From: a virus
IMG/VR virus record: IMGVR_UViG_3300046747_000672
Span: 32,001-96,000 of that record
Length of the DNA: 64,000 nucleotides
Reading direction: 5' to 3' (one strand)
In this document: piece by piece, positions 51,718 through 62,479 of the stretch
How the letters are laid out: every line of letters begins with the position of its first letter
Position numbering within the stretch: the first letter of the stretch is position 1
Translations under genes and position numbers: made by a program
Notes under the pieces: generated by a model
The model's database searches: none
The model's input: the letters and a program-made list of their open reading frames with translations, nothing else
What the model was told of the DNA's origin: nothing

Positions 51718-53864
51718 CGCGAGAGGAGAGGTTGGCGGCGGGGTGGACGCTGTGCTGGGGTCTGTACGACTACGCGGATGGTACGTGGCTAACCACTGTG
51801 AACCATGAACCGCCATGGGTGAAGCAGCCGAAGCAACGTCGCGCGTTCGAGAGCGCGTCGGTCGCGTCGAAAGCATGTGTGACCAGCAACGCGGCGTCGC
51901 AGACGATTCCGCGCGTCTTCTGGCGCCAGAAGAAACCGCTGCAATTCAAGATGGGCGACGAGGTGACGGCGCGCGGCACCATCGCGTCCGTCGCCAGCGA
52001 CGGCAGGGGTAAGGTCCGCGTCGATTTTAGTTCGGCGGATGGGGAGACGGGGCGGGCGTGGCTTATCCCAGGAGAACTGACGCTAGTCAGGAAGGCGCGC
52101 AAGTGACACTCGGCTCCCAGCTCGCCTTCGTGCTCTACGGCTTCGCCGCGTTCGCCGCCGCCGTCGTGGTCCGGCAGGCACTCGAGCGGCGCGCGCAGCG
52201 AAAGGAGCGTGAAGAACTGAATCGCAAGCGACCCTACACGCACCTAATCGATTGGCGGGAGGCGCCGAAGGTGCCGAAAGCAGGGGAACGATGAACTGCG
52301 AGCACGACTACGTCTACGAGATGGACCCGAACGAAGCCGGATGGATGTGCTCGCTGTGCAAGCACAGACCTGGAAAACCGCCGGGCTTCTCGCCGGTGCT
52401 CGACCGGCAGGAGGTCGAACTCAAGGTCGACGCGGTGCTGTGGGCGCTCGACGAGGCGGGCGTCATCCACCTGTCGAACTCGGTGATGGGGGAGGCGGTT
52501 GCCGGCGAGGTCGTGGCGGTGTGCCGGAAGCGGGACGCGTTCGATCAGTACTCGATCGCCGAGTTCGCGATGACGCTGCTGGCTGGGCAGCATCGTGCGC
52601 ACTGGCAGGCGGTAGCGCGGGGCGCGTTGGCTGGCGACGGAGGGAGAGAAGACCATGAGCAAAGTTGACTGGAGCGCGATGACGGCGGCGGAGGTGTTCG
52701 AGGCGCTGAAGGCGGCGCCGAAGCTTGTCGCCGGCCCTTGGGAGTTCGACGAGGACGAGCGCTTGGAGCGGCTCGACACCGAAGGTGACTCGATCGCGTG
52801 GCAACACGACTCGGGCCACGTAACGATCGGTGTCGAGCCTGACGACGTAGAGCACTACGGCGAGTTCGCTACCCGAGATGAAGCAGACGCGCGTCTTCGC
52901 GAGCTCGGGTGGTTGCTGGTCGACGATGCGACGGAGGTAGCGTGAGCGCCGAGAAGCCCACCGTCTCCCCCGGCATCCTGCAAGTTGGAGGCATCTCGCT
53001 ACGCGACCTGTTCGCCGTGGCGGCCATCGCGAGCGGCTCAAGCTCGCGCGACGCCTACTTGGCCGCGGACCAGGCGATGGCGCTGCGAGAGGCGACGGCT
53101 CCCGCTGACAGCTCCCGTGGCGAGACCTGCAACGATGTGTTCGCTGGCCTCGTCTGCGAGGAGCCGAGGGGTCACGTCGGACAGCATCGGGAGGGCCTCA
53201 ACGTCTGGAGCGAGGAGCGCAAGGCGGCGTTCGCGGCAAAGTTCGGGGCGGAGTTCACTGTGCCCGCCGACGATGCCCCGGGAGCGCCGGTCGTTACGCC
53301 GGCCGACCTGGTGCCCGTCCGGAGTGCCATGGAGGCGGCTGAGGGCTTCCTGGGCGAGCTCGGCGGCGGACCCATCAACTCAGAGTCGGCGGAGGAGGCG
53401 CGCGCACTGGAGAGCTTTCGGCGCGCGAAGCGCATGGTCGGCGCCGATCGGGCGACGCTGAACGACGGGGACGAGTTGGGGCGGGGAGCAGTAACGGGCG
53501 GGGACAGGAGCAACAACGAGTGACCACAACCACGACAATTCTCGCCACCCTTCTCGCCCGCGTTGGGCGCTACCTCGTCGCGCTGGCGGACCGGTGCGCT
53601 CCAGCGCCGCGCCTCGCGCCGCCGTGGGCTGAGGCCGACGACGTCGTCACAATTCGGACGTGCGGGACCTTCCCGGCCGAACCGCCTCGTCCCGACATCG
53701 ATCGCGACGCCGACGACCTGCGCCCGACGACGCGGCCGTGCAGTCCGCCGCCAGCGATGGAACCTGCACCGGGTTCGACGCGGAGGCTGATCAAGGTCGA
53801 CGACGAGTTCATCTCGGTCACACCGCCGAATCATTGCTTCTGGCAGAAGGGCGGCGCGGCGTGA
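51714..53864 (+). CDS. Hypothetical ORFs (51714-52106, 52103-52294, 52291-52668, 52655-52945, 52942-53523, 53520-53864)
   Basis: Coupled ORFs. Confidence 0.55.
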
Positions 53865-54286
53865 CCGGCGCACGGCAAAAGCTGCTCGTGATGGTCGAGT
53901 CGCCGCTCGCTGGCAACGTGACGCGAAACGTCGCCTACGCCCGCGCATGCCTGCTCGATTCGCTCCGGCGCGGCGAATGCCCGTTCGCGATGCATCTCCT
54001 CTACCCGCAAGTGCTCGACGACGCGAAGCCGGAGGAACGCGAGCTCGGCATCAGTTCTGGTCTCGCGTGGTCGTCGTGCGCCGACCTCGTCGCCGTCTAC
54101 ACGGACCTCGGCGTCAGCAAGGGGATGCAGAGGGCGATCGATGCCGCGGGAGCGCGGGACCTCGCTGTCGAAATGCGGTCCGGCATCTGGGACCTCGCCA
54201 AAGTTTGCACGGTCTGCTTTGGCGTCAAGACCATCATGTCCGGCGGGGTCGGACGCTGCCACTTCTGTCCGCGGGAGGTCGCATGA
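53861..54286 (+). CDS. Nucleoside 2-deoxyribosyltransferase-like protein (DUF7768/DUF4406-like)
   Basis: VESPLAG.V.RNVAYAR..PFAMHLLYPQVLDD..ER.LG..VYTDLGVS.GM. Confidence 0.75.
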   Translation: MTGARQKLLVMVESPLAGNVTRNVAYARACLLDSLRRGECPFAMHLLYPQVLDDAKPEERELGISSGLAWSSCADLVAVYTDLGVSKGMQRAIDAAGARDLAVEMRSGIWDLAKVCTVCFGVKTIMSGGVGRCHFCPREVA

Positions 54287-54549
54287 CCCTCGCCGCCGCC
54301 ATGCCCAACGAGACCCTCCAACTCGCCACGCAGCTCGCGATCGACGCCGCGGCGCACCGGGCGGGTCTGTCGGACCGCGAAAGCTGCGTCGTCAACATGC
54401 TCGTGTCCGGCTACTCGACGAAGGAGATCGCGGCGGCGCTGTACATCACGGCGAAGACGGTGAAGGCGCACTGCAATTCGATCTACCGGAAGACGAAGTG
54501 CACGGGGCGGCTGGAGCTCGTGGGGCGAATTCTGGAGCGGAGAGGTTGA
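54283..54549 (+). CDS. LuxR-type HTH protein
   Basis: LSDRE..V..LVSG.STKEIAAALYITAKTVKAH..IYRK. Confidence 0.9.
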   Translation: MTLAAAMPNETLQLATQLAIDAAAHRAGLSDRESCVVNMLVSGYSTKEIAAALYITAKTVKAHCNSIYRKTKCTGRLELVGRILERRG

Positions 54550-55181
54550 GATGACGAAGGACCACCTCCGGGCGATGATCGAGCGAACCTGTAAGTCGCG
54601 TGTCCGCGACGTCCGGATCAGCGTCGCGAAGCGGACCGCCAGCATCGATTTTGAAGACGACGTCTCGATCACGCTGACCATGATGACCGGGCTCGCAGCT
54701 TTGCTGCAAACTGACAAGATCAGCTTCGTATTTGAACGAGGCTTCGGAGGCTCGGACGCCACTCCGCCCGACGGCGCCACGGGATGCATCTGCGCGGAAG
54801 ACATCGGCGTCGCTGTGATGGCAGTGCTGGAGGACTCCGAATGGCGATGAGTCTGCCCGTCGTCCTCGCCCACGAAGTCATCTCGCGGGCCTGCCTGTTC
54901 CGCTGCCAGCCGCTCGCCAACGATGCCGGCGGCGCGCCGGTTCTCTCTGCCGGATGTTGCGCGAGACGGCAGGCGAAGGCGCGCAAGGCGATCGGCGGCG
55001 ACTCCGTGCGGATGTGCCGAGACTGCGCCGTCGGGAAGGAGGTCGAGCGGCTCTCCGGCGGACCGGCAGAACTCGGCGAGCACAACGGCAAGGAAGAGGC
55101 TGCGCGGTCGCGGGGCGGGCAAAACGGGACAAGGACGAACCGGCGGAGGATGGCGAAGCGGGCCGCGGAAGGCGGTGATGG

Positions 55182-55637
55182 GTGATCGGCCTCGGCATCG
55201 ACCAAGGCGCGCGGCATGCGGGGTGGTGCCGGCTGGACCTCACCAAGCGCCCGAAGCTCATCGACTGCGGCACGTGCGCGCCGGAGCAGATCGCGGAGTT
55301 GTCGTCCGACGGCGTCGACCTCGTGGCGATCGAGAAGCCAGCCGGGCGCGTCATCGAAGGTCGGTCGGGCGAATACCTGATCGAGGCGGCGTGGAACGGT
55401 GGCGACAGTCGGCGGCTGTTCGTGGAGCGAGGCTGCAACGTGGTCACGGTGAGCCATTCGCAGTGGGTGACGGCGCTCATCGGTGCGTTCCAGCGAGGGA
55501 AACAGGACGCGCTGGTGAAGGAGGCGATTCTGAGGCTCGTGGAAGATTGGCAGGCGAAGAGCTCGACGCACGCGCGCGACGCGGCGGGCGTGTTGGTGAT
55601 TGGCGCGAGGATTTGGCAGAGGAGGAGAGTTGCATGA
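55182..55637 (+). CDS. RuvC-like Holliday junction resolvase
   Basis: LGIDQG..GW, VAIEKP, HARDAAG. Confidence 0.8.
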   Translation: MIGLGIDQGARHAGWCRLDLTKRPKLIDCGTCAPEQIAELSSDGVDLVAIEKPAGRVIEGRSGEYLIEAAWNGGDSRRLFVERGCNVVTVSHSQWVTALIGAFQRGKQDALVKEAILRLVEDWQAKSSTHARDAAGVLVIGARIWQRRRVA

Positions 55638-55851
55638 GAGAAGAAATCGAATACGGCGGCCCCATGGGCGACTTCGAAGCTGTGCTCGGCGACGATAGAC
55701 TCCAGAAGGTGCTCGACAGGATGCGCGCGCTCGGCGTTTCGCGTCTCCGCGTAGGGGAGATCGACGTCACGATCGACACGTTCGCGCCGATGGGTGCGGC
55801 GACGAGGATTCGGAAGGACTTCGAACAGTGAGACCGGAGGAAGGCGACGCA

Positions 55852-56577
55852 ATGGACGTGAAGATCGTGCGGGTTCAAAACGTGCTGGGCGTGCAGGTCG
55901 GGCACTTCGACGATGGTGAGCCGAGGATTCGGGACGTGGTCCTGGCGGAGCGGCTTGGGTACCAGCGGCCGAGGAAGGTTCGCGACCTCGTCGAGAGGAT
56001 GCTTCGAGAGAAAAAGCTGAATGATGTCGTAGTTTGCCCCACGGCGGGGCAAACCTCCGGCGGGCGCCCAGGCTCCGAATACCACCTCACCGAAGCCCAA
56101 GCGCTGAAGGTCGCCGCCAAGTCCGAGACGGAGACGGCGGACCAGATCCTCGACCTGCTCATCGAAGTGTTTCTGCGGGCGAAGGCGGGGCACGCGGCGG
56201 CGACGCCGTTGCCCACCGCGGAGCAGATGCTGGCCATGGTGCGCGCGGCGGTCGAGCAGGCTCTACCGAAGTTCCTGACTCCCTCTACCGGAGACGGTGT
56301 CGTCGGCCGCCAAGAAGGGAAGCTGCTCCGCGCGGCCCTGATGCACGTCGCGGTCATCGACGCCGACGGCAACCGGCGGATGGCGGTCGGCAGGCGCACG
56401 CGTCTCGACAACGAACTGCGCTCTCAACTGGAGTTCTTCGGGAGCTGTCGATCGTGGGACAACCTGCCCAGCGCGAAACTCGGAATCGTCAAGGTGCTGT
56501 TGCAGAATGCCGAGAAGAAGGCGCGGGACGAGGCGATCCGGCGAAACGAAGCGCGCCAAGGGCGCTTGTTCCAGTGA
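55852..56577 (+). CDS. Phage antirepressor-like DNA-binding protein
   Basis: EPRIRD..LAERLGY.RPR..R.L..R..GGRP..EYHLTEAQAL..AKSET. Confidence 0.7.
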   Translation: MDVKIVRVQNVLGVQVGHFDDGEPRIRDVVLAERLGYQRPRKVRDLVERMLREKKLNDVVVCPTAGQTSGGRPGSEYHLTEAQALKVAAKSETETADQILDLLIEVFLRAKAGHAAATPLPTAEQMLAMVRAAVEQALPKFLTPSTGDGVVGRQEGKLLRAALMHVAVIDADGNRRMAVGRRTRLDNELRSQLEFFGSCRSWDNLPSAKLGIVKVLLQNAEKKARDEAIRRNEARQGRLFQ

Positions 56578-59329
56578 TCCCATTGACCCGCATTCGCAAG
56601 CGACCGGCGAGGAAGGCGAAGACGATCGCGACGACCGTCCGCCGCGGGTCCGTGATCATGCCGGCGATTCCTGGAACGGACGTGATCCAGAGCGCGTGCA
56701 TCGGCGTGGCGGAGCTCATCGGCGACCAGTGCGAAGGGGTGGTGTTCGTTCAGCAGGATCAAGACGTCTGCTGGCGCGTCACGGTTGAAGTGGATCGGGG
56801 CGGAGGAGATGCGTAGATGGCGACGTGGTTCTTAGCGATCAATGTGTCATTTGGACTGTGGGCCGTAGAGCACACACTCCGCCAGATTCGCAACGAGCTG
56901 AAAAGGTTGAACGATGGAAAACGGTAACGGTAACGGCAACAGCGTGGCAAAGCGGATGTGGTCGGCGGCAACAACGGACGTCGTGGCGGGCCGAGAGGTC
57001 GACCGGCTGGTGTTCTGCGTCGGCTACCTCGCCGGGGAGCTCGACAAGCGGGACGTGGCGATCGAGGAATTGCGCGCGGAGATTCGGCGGATGAAGGAAG
57101 GGTGCGACGATGGGAAGTAGCTCGTGGAAGATGCTGGGCGAGCACTTTGCAAGGCGCGGCTTGATTCGGCAGGATTCTGCGGTATTCGAAGAGGACGCCA
57201 CGGTCGTCCTCGCGGCGGATGTATTGGCGATCATGTGGCTCTGCGACCGGCTCGACGAACTCGCCAAGCGGAACGAAGAGCTGGAGAAGCGAGTGGATTG
57301 GCTGGAGGCGAGCGGCGATGGGTGGAACAAGTAAGCGACGATAGGAGGACGAGATGGGACGGTGCAAGGACTGCAAGCATTGGGAGGCGGACGGCTTTGC
57401 GTCAAGCGGTCCGCCTACTCCAAACCCAAACCACACATGCAACGCACCGAAGATGCTGAATGGCTACGGGCGCCCTCCGGTGCCAGTTGGTGGCGCGAGA
57501 GTCGAGAACGACGAAGGGTGGGCCATCGTCTCGGACGCCGACCTCGTCTGCACACTCTGCGGCGCGGACGCGCATCTCGCCGCCGATGGGGTCTACCGGC
57601 ACACGAAGGACGCGCTGCAGGACGCGTCAACCTACTGCGACCGGTACGGCTATCCGATCGAAGTGCGGAAGAGGGGGGCGGCGTGAAGGAACAGATTTGC
57701 ATCGGCTTCCGCAAGGGCCACTGGACGGTCGAGGCGCCCGCAGAGCCGGACGAGCGACATCGCCGCCCGCTCTTGCGCGAGCGGTGGACATGCCGGTGCC
57801 GTTGCGGTCACAGCCAAGTGCACAGCGCGAGCTCGTTGCTTTACGACATGTCCGACCGGTCGGCGTGTCGCTCTTGCGCGATGAAGGATGCGGCGAGGCG
57901 GAGAGGGAAGGCGAAGGAGACGACATGAAAGACGATCGAGAAGACATGAGAGCGAAGCTGCTGGCGAGACGGGAGCGTGAGGGGCGGCGGGCCACAGAAG
58001 GTTTCGCCGAGCCTCCGATGTATCTACCTAGATCTGAATGGATCGATTCCCTATCGCTGGCATTCGCAGACGCGATATGTCCAGCGACAGGCCACTTCAT
58101 TGTCCCGTCGGTGTTGTGCGACGGCGTGACGGACATTGGCCCCATGTTGGAACAATGGTTTCGCGAGATCGGAGCGAAAGGGTGACCCGCGCGGAAGTGT
58201 CCGAGCTCGCGAAAACGATCTTCGTCGAGACGGCGAAGGTCGCGCCGATGAGCGCATGGGCGTCGCTGGCCGTGGACGCGATGCGGAAGGCGAGAGAATC
58301 AGCGAGAGCGAAGGAGAACGGCGGATGAGGAAGAGAGCGAGCGCGCTTTTGTGTGCGATCGCAAGGATGCCCGTCGGATGGTCTCTTGCGTTTGGTACCG
58401 AGACGGACGAACACGGGGAAGAATTCTTGACCTCGGTCCTGTTCGACGAGAATGGTGACGGAAATGTGGGCGTGTCAGCTCTCGACGCCAAGACGCTCGA
58501 GCGTCTGACGTGCGGCATGCTTCGGCGATGGCTTAAGCAGCGGAAGCCGCCGGAGATGCGATGAAGCGTCGTAAGCCGACCACGGCGGTCCTCGTTGACA
58601 AGCTCCTCGCCGCCGAATGCCTGCGACTCAAGCGAGCGCTTCAGCGAGAGGTCCGAGACCACAAGGCGACGCAAGCGGCGCTGGAGGGTCTCCGATCGAG
58701 ATGCGGGCAGTTGCCGGAGCAGCCGCCGATGGGCTGGTCGCCGGACTGGGACGAGGCGCACTACGCTCGCGAGGTGAAGGCATTCGACGCGCTCGGCGCT
58801 ATGCCGCAGGAGGAGCGTGAGCGCTTTGCGGAGATCGTGCAGGTCCTGTCGCTGAACGACATCGACGACGGGCTGATGCCGGAGCGGATTCGGAACTGGC
58901 CACGGGCGGGAGCGGCGCCGGAAGCGAATGAGACGACGACGGATGCCCCATTGGAGGCGGTAGACAGATAGACGGGTGTGAATCAAGGTGAAGGGCAGCG
59001 AACGGAGCGGGCCGGTCCCGCTCGGATGGTGAGAGATGACGAAGAAGTGGTTCCTGGGGAGGGAACTGACGGAGCGCGAGGCCTCCCTCCACGCCGACGG
59101 GAAATGCATCGTCTGTGGCCGTGGAGCTCATGTGGTTCAGCGCCACGACAAGTCGCAGCGCGTCGACTTCGAGTGCAACGGCTGCTTCTCTGCGCGCACG
59201 AACTACTCGGCGGGCGCGCCGACGGCGAAGAGTTTCGGGGCCGCTGGGGCGTCCGTGGGGCACGAGTACCGGCGGAGGCTTGGTTACAGTTCCGGAAGCG
59301 GGGGCATGGGTGGACGCGACGAAGAGTAA
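56574..59329 (+). CDS. Array of about 11 small hypothetical ORFs
   Basis: Mostly coupled ORFs (e.g. 57110-57334, 57354-57686, 57925-58185, 58325-58564, 58561-58971, 59036-59329). Confidence 0.55.
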
Positions 59330-59365
59330 TCGGAATCGCGAGCTGGTCTCGCGAGGAAGGCAGTC

Positions 59366-60079
59366 ATGGGCAACAGGAAGCGAGCAGAACGGCACGCGAT
59401 CGAGGCCTCGGCCACGCATGTCGAGGACACCTACCGGGCGCCACGCAAGGCGGCGTTGCGACCTGGGGCGATCAACGAACTGGAACTGTTCTTTGCCAGC
59501 GCCGAGTCCACGTTCGGGATGTCGAGCAAGTTTGCCGGTCTCGTCAACATGGCGATGTCGGGCGGCATGGGCTCTGGCAGAAACCACACCGAGGACGCGA
59601 CCATCGCGCGGGTGGCGCCGAGCGACAAGCGGGACCGCCCCGTCGAGAGCATGGTGGCCGTGCACCGTGCGGTCCTTGCGGCGCTGCGGGCCATCGGCGA
59701 GCCCCATCGGACGGTACTCTGGGCCGCGCACGACCACTTCGTGTCGCCACCTGAGGTGAAGCGGGAGCTCAACGTCGTCGCGCGCGTCGCGCTGATGACG
59801 CCGGCAGCGTCGAGCGGGTATGCAGAAAGCGGGCGGACGGGCGAGCCGATCGAGCAGTGGCTTATTCGAGCCTGCTCGCGAGAGGAAGACATCGCCCAGA
59901 TTGCGAAAGAGGCAGAGGCGATGCTGGACGTTGCCTACAGGGCCTACGCGGCAGCGAGAGAGCCTGAGCCGGGCCGCAAGGGCGTCGGGGCCTTTCGGAA
60001 GCGTGACCGTACTCCGAGGGCGCCCGTGCCACGAAGGTCGGTCTCCGCCGCCTTCGACCCTGAAGGGTGGCGCCCGTGA
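59366..60079 (+). CDS. Hypothetical protein, positional candidate for a late-gene regulator (Q-like)
   Basis: One of the last early genes before the late promoter region; helical. Confidence 0.5.
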   Translation: MGNRKRAERHAIEASATHVEDTYRAPRKAALRPGAINELELFFASAESTFGMSSKFAGLVNMAMSGGMGSGRNHTEDATIARVAPSDKRDRPVESMVAVHRAVLAALRAIGEPHRTVLWAAHDHFVSPPEVKRELNVVARVALMTPAASSGYAESGRTGEPIEQWLIRACSREEDIAQIAKEAEAMLDVAYRAYAAAREPEPGRKGVGAFRKRDRTPRAPVPRRSVSAAFDPEGWRP

Positions 60080-60345
60080 ATGGTGCCGAACCGCGCGCGC
60101 TGGGGGTGCCGCACGAAAAGCCGATCGAGGGATGGAAGAGCATCGCGACGGAGCTCGACGTCAGCGTCGAGACCGTGCAGCGCCTCGCCAGACGCAACCG
60201 GGACCCGCTACCGGTGTGGAAATTCATCCGAACGATCGTCGCGTGGCGATCGGCGATCGAGCAATGGAAGGCCCGCAACCTGCTCCCGCTCACGACGGCG
60301 GACCAGCTGGAGGCTCTCGAAGGCGCCCGCGAGAGCGACGATTAG
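60076..60345 (+). CDS. Small HTH DNA-binding protein
   Basis: IEGWKSIATELDVSVETVQRLA..LPV. Confidence 0.75.
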   Translation: MNGAEPRALGVPHEKPIEGWKSIATELDVSVETVQRLARRNRDPLPVWKFIRTIVAWRSAIEQWKARNLLPLTTADQLEALEGARESDD

Positions 60346-60424
60346 CGGTCGAGTGACGTGTCACGTAGCCAGGACACTCAAAAACAAGGGAAGCGCGTGA
60401 CACGACGAGACAGAACGAAGTGTC

Positions 60425-60453
60425 TAGTCAACGGGCGCAGACATGCCCATTCT
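60425..60453 (+). promoter_or_regulatory. Putative late promoter
   Basis: TAGTCA-17-CATTCT in the intergenic region; GTGACGTGTCAC near-palindrome upstream (60353-60364). Confidence 0.4.
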
Positions 60454-60472
60454 TAGTTCACGCTCGCGCCTG

Positions 60473-60610
60473 TGTGCACGTCCCCAGAAGGGCGACGGCG
60501 AACTGAAACCGAGCCAAGCCCGGAGAGCGGCTACGCGCCGCCCGGGCAAACATAACGTGGACAGCGAAGCCGACAAGCCAACGGGGCAGACGCTCCGGCG
60601 TCTCCGCCCC
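60473..60610 (+). ncRNA. Candidate structured RNA, block 1
   Basis: Multibranch domain closed by TGTGCACGT/ACGTGGACA, plus a strong hairpin at 60583-60610. Confidence 0.4.
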
Positions 60611-60643
60611 CCCGCGTCATCTCCGCCGAAGCAAGAGCGCCCC

Positions 60644-61166
60644 GTGCCACCCCTGTCGGAACCACCGATCGCGTGGGTGCGGAAGACGAACCGCGAGCTC
60701 TACGACTGCTGGATCACGCGGATCGACGCCGTCGACGCCCTGCGACTCGTGCCGGACACGACGGCAACGAAGCGGGCGCGAGAGACGGCACGCGAGGCGC
60801 TCCAGGACGCGGCGGACGAACTGACTGCGCGCATCCGGCAGAGCTTGCGGGATGCGTAGGAGCAGCGTGAACGACTCAGCAATCATGCCGACAGGAATCG
60901 ATCCGATCTGGGTCGCGCCAGGTGTCGTGCTCGGCACGCACGAGACGAACTGCACCGTCCCCTTCATCGAAGGCTGGCCCATCGCGGGCTTGCAGCCGAT
61001 CGATCCGCGGCTCTACTCGCCGTACATGCCCGCCCCGTCCGCCGACGTACTCCTCCACGCGAAGACTCGTCTCGCTGAACTCGACAGAGAACTCGACGCG
61101 TTCGAAGCCAAGCGCACGGAAGCGGAGATGCTCCGGCGGATGATCGCGGCGGCGGAGTCGAAGTGA
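60644..61166 (+). CDS. Two small hypothetical ORFs (60644-60859, ~60867-61166)
   Basis: Natural composition; coupled. Confidence 0.55.
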
Positions 61167-61363
61167 CCATGGACCAGCAAGAACACATCGCCCAATTCTT
61201 CGCGTTCGCGCACCTCCCTCCGGTGCTCCAGGACGTATCCCGTCCGTTCAGCGAGCTCGCCGACAAGATCCTTCAGCTCCCCCGAAACCCGGAGCGTACA
61301 GTCGCTCTCCGGAAGTTGCTGGAGTCGAAGGACGCTGCGGTGCGCGCCGCGCTTGCCAAATGA
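61163..61363 (+). CDS. Small helical-hairpin phage protein, possible Acb2/Tad1-like nucleotide sponge
   Basis: FF.FAHLP..LQ.VS.PF.ELA..LP..PERTVALRKLLESKDAAVRA. Confidence 0.55.
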   Translation: MTMDQQEHIAQFFAFAHLPPVLQDVSRPFSELADKILQLPRNPERTVALRKLLESKDAAVRAALAK

Positions 61364-61827
61364 ACCCCATCACCCGCCGCTCCACCTTCCTCGGCACGCT
61401 CGGCCTCGCCTTCGCTGGTCTCGTCCCGGCTGCGTGGGCTGGCGACCGAAAGAAAGCGGACGCGATCGCTGCCTCGGAGCCTGACGGTGATGCGCTCACC
61501 TGGCCTTCTTCGGGTAGCGTCAGATTTCAGGATTGCCACATCGAGGCGATCTACGATGCCGAGGAAGTTGAGCGCGCGATCGCTGCCGGCGGCTCGCTCA
61601 ATGGCGCGTACGTAAGACTCACCAGACCGATTCGCGTGCGCGCCGGGCAACGGCTCGCGATGCGCGGCTGCGACGTGAAATTCGGCGGACCGTGCGCCAT
61701 CATCATGCTCGATCCGAGCGCCTCCGTGTCTTTGAACGACTGCAACATCGAAAGCGGTCGCGGGGGCGAAACCCCGCTGGGTGTCATCGCTGGGATGTTC
61801 GACGGGGAAGCCCGAAGACTTATCTGA
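61360..61827 (+). CDS. Twin-arginine (Tat) signal protein
   Basis: TRRSTFLG followed by a hydrophobic stretch and an AWA cleavage site. Confidence 0.7.
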   Translation: MNPITRRSTFLGTLGLAFAGLVPAAWAGDRKKADAIAASEPDGDALTWPSSGSVRFQDCHIEAIYDAEEVERAIAAGGSLNGAYVRLTRPIRVRAGQRLAMRGCDVKFGGPCAIIMLDPSASVSLNDCNIESGRGGETPLGVIAGMFDGEARRLI

Positions 61828-61830
61828 CGT

Positions 61831-62173
61831 GACCCAGCGGCCTCCCAAGCTCCGCAGAATCGATTCCCCGTCCGCGGACGTCGTGCGTCTCATCCCGAGG
61901 CTAGCAAAGCCCGCTGAGAGCCGCCCAGGCGGCGGAACGCTCATCGCGGTCCCCTTCGGCGCTGGCCCTACCCGGTCAGAGCGCCGCGGACTCGCGAGAG
62001 CGCGCAAACGCAACACCAAGTGATTCGACGCCCCGACGACCGAACGATAGCCCAGCGGACCGCCAAAGCAGCCGACCTCGTCAGGATGGTGGCGCGGCTG
62101 AACGATGGGCCGGTGGGGAGCACGAGCGCGGAGATTCAGACGGTGCGACGGCAGGAAGAGCGAAGGCGGGGTC
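61831..62173 (+). ncRNA. Candidate structured RNA, block 2
   Basis: About 350 nt with no credible ORF and at least 7 stems, including a GCGA tetraloop. Confidence 0.45.
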
Positions 62174-62180
62174 GGAAGCC

Positions 62181-62477
62181 ATGAGGATCACGGCCTCCGG
62201 CAGGCGGACGTCCGGGCGAATCGTCTTCACAGCGGGTTTCGGCATGTCGGCATCGGTCGACTTCACCGAGGCCGACTCAGCGAATGAGATCGCGACAAGG
62301 ATCGTCGATGCGCTGAACGCCCTCCCGATGCCCGTACCGGCGAGTGAGCGTCCGGTGTTCGAGGTCGAGGCCGATGGCTCAACGGTGAGCCAGGTGCGAC
62401 CGCCGGTGACCCCGGCGACGATTCGAGCGTTGGTTTTCGCCGACCTCGGCAAGTACGGGAACGTGGGCGGGACGTAA
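62181..62477 (+). CDS. Hypothetical protein
   Basis: 98-aa ORF with natural composition. Confidence 0.65.
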   Translation: MRITASGRRTSGRIVFTAGFGMSASVDFTEADSANEIATRIVDALNALPMPVPASERPVFEVEADGSTVSQVRPPVTPATIRALVFADLGKYGNVGGT

Positions 62478-62479
62478 GG

